Origin: Vicugna vicugna
Lineage: Eukaryota
Reading direction: 5' to 3'
DNA: 64,000 nucleotides
NCBI GenBank assembly: GCA_013265495.1
Contig: MU058687.1
Coordinates: forward strand, 2,730,001-2,794,000
This document shows positions 54,720 to 64,000 of the stretch, one piece after another. Position 1 is the stretch's first letter, and each line of letters opens with the position of its first letter. The translations under genes were made by a program, and so were the position numbers. The notes under the pieces are model-generated. The model did no database searches, was not told where the DNA came from, and saw only the letters and a list, made by a program, of their open reading frames with translations.

Positions 54720-55610
54720 GCACGTACAGCGAAGACCCGGTGCCCCAGCTGTCAGTGTCTGATTCCAGCCTGCGCTCCCTCCCCCAATTATTAATAAAAG
54801 CCCGGTCATGGGTAGACAGCGTTCTGGTTTTCATTGTACAGTCTGCACTGGTGACACAGGACATGTGGAAAATTTTGAGAGCACTGCGGTGAATGGCGTG
54901 TGGAGGGGTGGGGAGCGTGAGCACGGGGAGGGGAGGAGGGAGGGGTGGGAGGGGCGCGAGTTACTTTTTAGCTTCCGCTAAGTACTTGGCAGCTCGCCAG
55001 GCCCGGAGGATTCTGGGAAGCGAAAGCCTCCCCAGTATAAACTGCCAGCTTTAAGCAGCCCTGACAGTTCTGCTCCTTCCAAACTTGGCAGCCGTTCAAA
55101 GTGCTCTTTCATTTGAAATGCTGGAAGCCTGCCATGTGCAATGCAGATTTGCTGTGCCTGTGCGCAGAAGGAACTGATAAATGCCGTTGCGGTTGCCATG
55201 GGGACAGGAGGCTATCAGAATGGCCTTGTGATCCGCAGCCTCTCAGCGCGGCAGGCTCTCGCTCAGCCTCCCGCCCCTCCTCCCTCTAGTCAGTGAGATG
55301 GTGAAATAAATGTTCTGGAAAAAGGTTAACCCTCCCTGCTCTGGTGCCGAAGCCAAAGCCCAGCGGAGGTTAACCTCTAAGCACTTCCCAGGTCTTACGT
55401 GCCAACCAGGACTACCGGCCTTGGCACCGTCCTTGGGCGGGTCACCATACCCCCAACCCCCACCCAAACAATCACAACCCGCCCCCGCCCCCCAGCCCTG
55501 CTTCCTGCTCCCTGGGGGCTCTCACAAAGCTGTGTTTTTAATAGAGCTTTTCAGCAAGCCCAAGTGTAAGTCTTTGAGTCATCACAACCCGGATGTAAAC
55601 ACAGCAGCCC
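54720..55610 (+). promoter_or_regulatory. CpG-rich candidate TATA promoter or enhancer
   Basis: G-rich Sp/KLF tract 54905-54958, GAS TTCTGGGAA 55011-55019, TATAAA 55036-55041, RFX-like GTTGCCATGGGGAC 55192-55205, AP-1 TGAGTCA 55575-55581, ETS+FOX CCGGATGTAAACA 55589-55601. Confidence 0.45.
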
Positions 55611-57786
55611 TACATTCTGCACAGTTTGCGTGTATTTTATCTTTTTAATAATATTTAGCTGGCAACTAGAAACGGCAAGGATGCCAGCTATTTTAGCCAG
55701 CCACTTACATCATCCAGCATCCATCTTAGGGAGAGTGGCTGCCTGTCCTTTCCTTGTTCTCGCTCCCTACCCTGAGACTGCAGGAAATCTGGGTCTTTCT
55801 GAAGGCATCGTATTGCAGCAGAGGCAACCGAGTCCCTTAGAACCTTCGGCTTTAGAATGAGCATGACATCACTCTGGGCAACAACAACAGAGGGTATGTT
55901 CCTGTCGGAGACAAGACATTGGGTGATCAGAGGTGAAACAAGTCTTTCCTTTATGCTGAGTGTGAAGGGTGTACCAGTCTGGATGGCAGCCCCCCCCCCA
56001 TTTTGCACAAGCTGCTATTTGAAACACAGTCTGATTCAACATACAGAAACAAAATAGCACACTCAGATTTGGTACATGTTCAGGTCTGCAATGCCAACTC
56101 TCCGGGTGGCCTGTTTAATGGGGGGAAAAAATGAAATACTCCATTCCAGCCAAGGTCTATGGAGGCCAAAGAGGTTTAGTGATTTATTTACATTGAGCAG
56201 TATTCCTTCTCAACCCAACTCACTATTTCCTGAAGGTTTCCTGAACCTAAACCTTCGTTAACATCCCAGGAAGAGAACATATTTTTCCTGTGGCTTTCAA
56301 TATTTTCTGCTAAATATATTCTGGCGCACTGTTTATCTAGGGTTTCAGCTTTCAGACCTTTATGTACTTTTGACACCTTGAGGCTGTTCCACTGCAAAAA
56401 TGGTGTATGTTTATTAAAGAGGACTTTATGTGCTGGGCTTTAAGGCAGTGGGAATTTCTGTTGGATCTGTCGTATAATGAGGGCTTCAGGATGAGATCCA
56501 AGTCAGAGGCCTGTTTGGTTTGTGAGGTCCTTTTGACAAAGTGGGCCCTACATAGCTCACACAAACCCTTGAATACTGCAGAAGTTTGAACCAAATGAGG
56601 TATTTCTTCATAAGCGCACGGCTGACATGGAGGCCAGACGGGAGAAAGGTGGAAAATGCCCCAGGTTCCTGGGCCTTCACTTCGATGTCTTTTAACCTAC
56701 TGCTCTCTGGGTATCTGCTTATGATTGTCACAGCAATTCTGGCCAGGACATTCTGTCTTGCTGGAATTTCCTTACTTTGAGTAGCCCCTTCCAAATAAAT
56801 AAGTTAATCAATAAAAGCCATCTGCTTCACCTCACCAGCAGGCACAGAGCTGGAAGGGGTAGTGTTGAATGCAATTTTTCGGAGCAGTTGGCCCTTGAGA
56901 CATTTCAAGGTGGGTTTTGGCTTGGGGTTAAACAGGAGTTGGAGGCAGAAATCAGGTGATTTGAAAAGCCCCTCTTTCTCCCCCACCCCCAGCCCCACAC
57001 CACATCCCACCTCAGCCCCCACCTTCCCCAGAAAATCCAGGCAGCTGAGTTTTTGGCTCTCACAGCTGCTAAGCTTTGGCAAGCCAAAAGCATATTTTGT
57101 GGTGGTGATTCCTTTCCCAGGTTGACCGATATGTTTCTGCACTGAGCACAAGGGATGTTTCTTGACTGTGTGCATGAATCAGAGGCTGTATTTTTCATCT
57201 AGGGCTTCTGGTGACAGTTTTAAGCTGGAAGAACAAAGCAGATCATGATGAGCCCCTATCATCAGGGTCCAGAGATAAAGAATCTATCCAAAGAGCTGGC
57301 TCAGATATATGTATGATTTTGCATTTTAGCAATGGCCAGAGCAGCCTGTGCCCCTCAGAAGGCCAAGCCCACGCTCACATTTCACACACAGTATTCTCCC
57401 CGCTCCTCTCTCTCGATGTCCTTGTGGTGTCTGCTTCTTTGTTGCTTCAAAAGTTCTTCCTTTTTTCAGCCGTCCTCTCCCAAATGGGCAGATTTGAAAA
57501 AGTCATTTTGGGGCCCTCGAGCGTCTTCTCAAATGGAGGCACGCCCTGGGATTCCAAACAGCCTAGATACTACCCATGTTCTGCCCCGATCCAGCAGGAT
57601 GACGACAGAGGGGTGTTGGTGATGTGGCCCCTCTGGCCCAGGGCCTGAGGAGCCAGCTCCCCAGAAGTCCGTGGATTAGGAAGGTTTGCTTCAGGGGCTG
57701 CCAGGGAACAACTGCCTTTTGTTTTGCTGTCTAGCATGTGACCAGAATGCTGCCAGCTAATTTTAACCCCACCAAAGTACTGATGG

Positions 57787-57812
57787 ACACACACACACAC
57801 ACACACACACAC
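57787..57812. repeat. (CA)n microsatellite
   Basis: Directly visible. Confidence 0.9.
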
Positions 57813-60800
57813 CCCCCAACAACAACCACCAAAAAAACTGTCTTGCATCTGGAGAGAAAAATGCTGTGGGCTGGATAAAAGCTTTTTCAGCCTGTGTTCC
57901 TTCCTGTTTCAGTTTCCAAACTTGCATTATCGGTAACCTGAAAAACGATGAGTTTCACCAAATTCCTGGATGTTGCACAAGAAGACAATGAGGCTATTTC
58001 GGGTGCTGTGTGTATGTCTGGCACAAACCCTGGAAGCCATTGTTTTCGGGAAGGAGATGATTTGGGGTTTCCTGGTGCTTTCCTTTAAGGATCTCAAAGC
58101 CCCCAAAGGTACTGGGGGTGAGGGCACTCTCCATGGCAACCATGCGGGCTTCACTCTGAAAAGACCTGGATGGGAAGTGGGTAGTTAGGCCAGTGAGGAG
58201 GGGGTTGGGGGGGCAGGGAGCGGCAGTGGCAGTGGTGGCCTTGGAGGTGTTAAAAGGTAGATGGTAGACAGTATTTGAAGTGGGACAGCAGGAGCAGGAA
58301 GAAGTGAGGAGAAAGGAACTTAGCTAATGGCCCCCTGAGACACAGGATACCAGCTCTCCTACCAAATTTCCATATCCCTTTTCAGCTCCAGGAATTAATG
58401 GAGGACTTCACGGAAGTCCTCACCCTGGATACTGGATTCCCAAAGTATTTCCATGGTGGTTAATTGTTTCTGTCTGGCTGGGTGGCGGGTGATGCCAGGG
58501 AAAAGGTACAGAATCTCAAGAGCCAGGAAATTAAGAGGTTAGGATAAGATAGCGTGGAGCTCGGCAGCTGCTGCCTTCTGTTCTAAAACCAGGTAATGAG
58601 ATGGGCCATCATTAACGTGTGGGTCCACAACACAGTCCCAGAAAATAATATGATGGCAAAAAGACTGAGGGAAAAGACCCCAGTTAAGGCTGCAGCACCC
58701 CTGGCAACCAGGAGGGCTTGGTGGCATTTGTCCTGGAGGGCTTCAGTTGCCTAAAAAGCTGTTTGCTCAGGCTTGGCCTGTCTGGCCAGCTTCTATGCAT
58801 TTAAAGGATCCTTGTTGGTCCCTGAGGCCCCGGTCTGCATCCAAGTCCTCAGGCAAAGAAACCATCTTTGGAAGGCCAGGGAACCCTGTAGGAGACACTC
58901 ATCCCATCGTCTGCCTCTCAGCTGCTGCTTTAACCTTCCCGCAGTCGTCAAGATCAGTTGGCAAATTCCTAAATGAAGGTTCTGTTTACTCTGTTATTCC
59001 AAAGGCTTGTTTTGAGCAAGATGCAGTGCTTTAATTAAAAAGATGAGCTCTCATGAGTAAGTGAAAATATTTTTGATGCTTCCCAAATACGTTTGACTTT
59101 CGTTTCTTGCGTTTCACAGTAGAGGGGTCAAGCTGGCCAGGACTTTTGTCCGTAAGATTGCTAAAAACTTTTCCTCTTCCTTAACAGCTGGCTCTTTGCA
59201 CAGCAGAATTGTAAAGGGAATCCAAAGTCCAGAATGTGTTCCTGGGACGTCTCTGCAGATCTTTGCCAGCATTCAGGTGTCATTAGGACACATTTCTCAT
59301 TTACCTTCCCAGCCAGAGGATTCCTGAATGTTTCGTAACCTCACCACAGCTGGAATGCAGCTGCTGCAGGGTGGAGCAGACACAAACTCCTTGTGGGTCA
59401 GCCGGGTGAGGGAGGGCAAGGAATCTTGGAAGGTTGGGAAAGTCCTTCTTTCTAAAGCCAGAACTAAGGAATGAGTGGGGCCTCTGGTGTGAAAGCTTTC
59501 CAGATGGGGGAAGGAAGGGTAAGTTTTTGCCCTCTGGGTAGATTCCAAAAAATTGCTTTGGGGAGGCCAACGATTTTGAAATTGCCTTTAAAGCAAACAG
59601 CACAAATGTTTAAATTGACCTGGAAAGCCCTTCCTTTTTCCTTTCCCTACAATCCAAGTCTGTTCCCTTGAACATTAATCAACAGGAGTGTTTGCTCAAG
59701 CTTCTCTCCACCCCCACCTCCTTTTTTTTTTTTTTTTATCTTTGGTTTGGAAAACTTTTGGAAGCTTTCCCAGGCTGGAGCTATAGAATGCTTCCAGGAA
59801 AATGCATAAGGAGTGTCTGTGTTTTGAGTTTCTCTGGAGGGGGCTAAACATGGTTTTCAGAGACTGGGAGCAGCCGGATCTTGTGCAAGGGTCCAGCCAA
59901 GCAGAAGGGCAGACAGTACCAGAAAGGTCTGTGCTCATCCAAAAGTGCTGAAGCGAAGGTGTGGTTTAGCCGACCCGCCTGGTCTCTTCTTTCAGTCTTT
60001 TATTATCTCAGCCGCCTCGACGTTAGTCTGTGCGCCAAGCACCCCATCTCCAGGAGCTCGGCTGAGAACAGCTGGGTGCCAGGGTTTGAAGTTCATTCTC
60101 AAGTTAGCAGCACTTGTCATTTCTAACAAAAGAACACTTAGAAATTTAGCTGGAGAGTGCATGGGGTCAATACTCACCCAGCAGGCAGGGGTCCCACCCA
60201 GGCGTGGAGTGGAATGAGCAAAGAGTGTCCTAGGGCTCTTGCTGCCAAGGGTGGTGCCAACCCCCAGCCCATGCCAGCACAGCTTCCCTTGGGCCCAGAA
60301 ACACAAACACAGCTGCATGCACGCCTGTATCGGAAACATCTGTACACAAAAGCAGAAAGCGCATACAGGAGGCCCGAGGGCGCTGGGGACTCACAGGACC
60401 CCTCTCTGGTCGATGTGGCTCTTGAAAACAAAGGCAGCGGGGGTTCCTGGAAATACACTCCATTCAGGCTGGTTCATGGGAAAAGGAGCAGAAACGGCTC
60501 CACAGGAGGGCTGCCCTGAGTGAGGGCATAAATGCCTGTCCACTCTCCAGTGCAAAGGCTGCTCCCTCCTGGGCCAGTCCGCTGCGGCTGTGAGGGCCCA
60601 GAGACCTCAAGATAGGAAGGAACAAGCAGGGGTCTGCCGTGCTGGAAACTGGAGGACACAGCTCCTGGCTCTCCTTGTCCTGTGTGTGTGAAGATTCTTT
60701 ACTAGTCACACTGTCATGGTTCCTGCAATAAAATCTCCTTTCCGCCCAGGGGACACACTGACTCCAGAAGCCATCTCCCTACAGCGGGTTGGGAAGGTGC

Positions 60801-60849
60801 TTAACAGCCCAGACAATGGCATTTTAATAGCAACAATGACAGGCACAGC

Positions 60850-61300
60850 TCACATTCATTGGGCACCACTTCTGTGTCTGACGTTGGGCTGAGTTTAATG
60901 TATTCTTTCTTCTAACCAACACCTAACAAAGGGGGTTCGTTCCATTATTATCCCCACTGTATAAAGAAAAGAAAGCTCAGAGAGGTTAAGCAAACTGTCC
61001 CAGGACACACAGCTATTAAGTGGTGGCTGCAGTTAGAACTTAGGGTTGCTTTACTCTACAGTCCTTATCAGACAGACCTGAGTTGGAATCCTGAATGGGC
61101 TATGTGTGACTGTGGGACCCATGCCCACCTCCAGTTTCCTCCTCTCTTTTTATAAGTTAAACACATCAAATTTTGGCAATTTTATAAAATTTAGCCTAAA
61201 CCTTCCTTATAAGATTGTTGTAAGAATTAAATAAGATAATGCATATAGAGAATTTAGGAGAGTGCCTAGAGTATAGTAAATACTTCATGCTAGCTTTTAG
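60850..61300. mobile_element. Head-to-head MIR pair
   Basis: attattatccccact...gctcagagaggttaagc...ccaggacacacagct (-), then agacctgagttggaatcct...gttgtaagaattaaataagataatgcat (+). Confidence 0.65.
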
Positions 61301-61499
61301 TAACTGTCTCAGAGTCAGTATGTTTATTCAATATGGATACATTAATCAAGTTATTCATAGTCTCTGCGGGTCTTCTCAAGCCCTTGGAAAGTCCTGCACA
61401 TCCCTGTGTGGGCACTCCAGGCCCCAAGTACAGCTGGACATGGTGCTGATGCCCAGGAGAACAACTTCTTATTCCTTCCCTGTGACTTCTCTTACTTTG

Positions 61500-62105
61500 T
61501 GCCGGAATCCACACATCTGGAGCATACATCTGTGTCTAAGCCATTGATTCCTCTCCTCTGTGTTGCCCACTCACGTTCACTTGGGTTCACTGGGGGTTCC
61601 AAATCTTCAGAATCATTCAGTTATGATCACTTTATGTTCCTGCTTAAAAATCCTCCAGGCGCCTAACAGAATCAAGACAAACTCCTTAGCTTGGAACGCA
61701 AGTCTGAGAAACAGCCTTCAACCCCTCTTTCTGCCACTTCCTGCCCCTCAATTCCTTTCTGACCACATTAAATCCATCTTTGTCCCACAAACACATGAAC
61801 TTTCAAGCCCCCTGCCTTGGCAGGGTTCTTTTCTCTGCGTGAAAAGAATGCTTTCCCCTCTTCTTCTTTGAGCAAACTTCTATGCATCTTTCAAAACCCA
61901 GCTTAGTTTCTACTTTTCCCGTGAAACTGGTCTCCAGCATTTCCTGGCTCTGATTTCAATGGTAATCTGTGTGTACCACAAAGAATTGTACTTATTTGTT
62001 CATACAACTCCCCCACTTGGGACTAGTGAGGTTCAAGGCTACTGCTTACCCTTCTATCCCCAAAGGCACCTAGAAGGCCCTAAATAAATGCTAATCAAAT
62101 GAACA
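61500..62105 (+). mobile_element. L2 fragment
   Basis: ttcctgcttaaaaatcctcca...acagaatcaagacaaactccttagc...ttctatgcatctttcaaaacccagctt...taaataaatgctaatcaaatgaa. Confidence 0.6.
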
Positions 62106-62410
62106 TTTCTAGATGTAAATTCTTATCATTTTACTGGCAGTAAAACAATACGTGAATGTATCTGAATATTATTTATACCCTCCCTTGTTTCAGCAAGACT
62201 TTGAGGTAGATGGAGATACAACATTCTTTCTTACCCACGAGCAGATGTAGAATAGTGCTTGGTGCATCCGCTAGTAGAAAGAGCCAGTGCTTTAGAGTCA
62301 AATGGTTCTGGGTTCAAATCCTAACTTGACCTTTTACAATGACTTTAAGTTGTTATTTCATCTCTCTTGGCCTCAGTTTTCCCATCTGTAAAATGGAGAT
62401 AATAATTACC

Positions 62411-63012
62411 TGTGTAGCAGACATTGTTGATTATTATCCAATAACCACTGCTGCTTTCTTTCTCAGGGCCCTGATTTTTTTTTTTCCAGGGGTTTACCCT
62501 CTCTTCTTATGCCTAGCATGGAGGAGAGAGGAATTCCAATTAGTCTAAATGAATCTTAGCATTCCATTCCTCTTGCCAATGATTCATTTTGGGATGGATC
62601 TGGGCTCAGTTCTGGTCAACGAGATGTAGGGAGCAATCTTTTTGGGGTGTGTCTGGAGAGTTGTTCTTGGACATATTCCCTTGCTCTTAAAACATGAGAG
62701 AAACAGTTGTCCTCCTGCAGCTGGGTGCTATGTCTGGACTGATGGCTAGGGCCACAGCAGCCATCTTGTTGTGATGAAGGCAACTACTCAGAGAGACAAG
62801 CCGGCATACTAAAGATGATAGAATGGAGCTGTGGAAAGAACCCAGGTCCTGGTGGCACCATTCAGCAGCTGGATTATCCTGCCCTGGAGCCACCCACCTC
62901 TGGACTATTCCCTGAGATCATCAATCCCTTCCTTGTTCAGTGAGGGATCCCTGGCTCTATCCAGTATTGCTGAGGTTGCTGTTACTTGAAACTAAAAGGA
63001 TTCTAACGGATC
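62411..63012 (+). mobile_element. MaLR solo LTR (MLT1J/K-like) inserted into a MIR (MIR halves at about 62270-62410 and 63015-63100)
   Basis: tgtgtagcagacattgttg...cagttctggtcaacgagatgt...cagcagccatcttg...ggaaagaacccaggtcct...gctgttacttgaaactaaaaggattctaa. The MIR core catctgtaaaatggagataataattacc stops at the LTR and resumes as cttcacagagttgtggtga. Confidence 0.75.
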
Positions 63013-64000
63013 AACTTCACAGAGTTGTGGTGATGACCAAATAAAATTAAATTGGTAAAGTACTTAACACAGGGCCTGGCACATGTTAGGTTCTTATCAA
63101 AGATTAAAGACTTTCCTGCTGAGACATTCTGAGGTGAATGCATGAGTGAACTCTGAAACATGGCAGATGGTAACGAAGTAAGGTTCAGAGCAGTGCAGGG
63201 GTTGGGTCCTGCAATGACAACAAAGATGACAATGACAGTGAAATTCAAACATCATGTTAGGAAGCATCCTGATGGAGCTTCCTGGGGCTGTAACGATGGT
63301 TTTCTTTTGCACTTCTCAGGCCTCTTCTTACCCCACCGGTCAGAGTCAAACACTGCACGACACAGGCTTTTCTAGTTGTGGGCGGCCACACTGGTGCAGT
63401 CGGGGTGGTCCCTGATTACCCTGGGGCATGGAAGCCTGCTTCAGGATGGAGGCTAGAGTGTAATTTGTAGCTCCAGGAGGAGCCAAGATTTGGAAGCAGA
63501 ACTAACATACCCACACCACGTAGAACATGGCCTGCCACTGAGAAAAACACATGACATCCACCCCCTCTGAGAGGGCCCAGAGAGGCCCCGAAGACTTCTG
63601 CAGCTCAGCAAGGCCTGCCTTTGGGGGCCTTGGGGCTGGGCGTCCTGCCTGGCTTTTGGCCGGCTGACCAGGCCAGAGTTTTCCTCCCTGCCAGCCCCCC
63701 GGCCCTTCTGAACCTGGTTCCAGGAGAATTCAGCCACACTGGTGTCAGCCAGGCTCCTGTCCGCCCAGCTGCGTGGGCGGCCCTGGCAATGAGGCACGGA
63801 GCAGGGTTTGTGCAAGGACATTGTGGCCCCTGCAGCAGGGTCATGGGGGAGGTGGTGGCTCACTTCAGGGGCAAGCCAGGAGGGAACCTGGAGGAGGTGA
63901 GGAACAGAAGCTACAGACTCAAGGCAGCTTCAGCTCCCTTCTCAAAGGCCCTCTTCACCTTAGAAGCTGATTCCAGGCCCTCTTTCTTTCCAACTGCCCT

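Noticed and set aside
50791..63970. Short ORFs upstream of IRF2BPL (e.g. 50791..51228, 52439..52966, 57211..57648)
   Set aside because: No recognisable protein family; coding exons of a neighbouring gene are not evident.

Overview
GC-rich mammalian genomic DNA, most likely camelid: four tRNA-derived SINEs resemble the Vic-1-type camelid SINE and I saw no Alu, Bov-A/BovB or B1/B2 elements. The only protein-coding gene I can support is the intronless IRF2BPL (EAP1) on the minus strand. Its CDS is 44562..42223 (779 aa), with an N-terminal IRF2BP zinc finger, poly-Ala/poly-Gln tracts, an RKRK NLS and a C-terminal C3HC4 RING. It has a CpG-island promoter (CRE and NRF1 motifs), a long GC-rich 5' leader and a 3'UTR ending near AATAAA at 41413-41408. 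Positions 1-38 kb are intergenic and repeat-rich (old L1M, L2, MIR, MaLR/ERVL LTRs, hAT MITEs, a MER41-like ERV1 solo LTR, SINEs). Positions 46-60 kb are comparatively repeat-poor and hold several extra CpG-rich, motif-dense segments that look like enhancers or lncRNA promoters. I found no convincing novel multi-gene system. The best leads are: (1) a single uAUG whose one TGA separates a 15-codon uORF from a 353-codon out-of-frame ORF overlapping the IRF2BPL start; (2) a consensus GT-AG intron on the divergent strand just upstream of the promoter; (3) a minisatellite whose TG spacers shrink 8-7-6-5; (4) a MER41-like LTR with an altered STAT region; (5) a candidate TATA/GAS/RFX promoter at about 55 kb. 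Repeat family names and boundaries were recognised by eye and are approximate.
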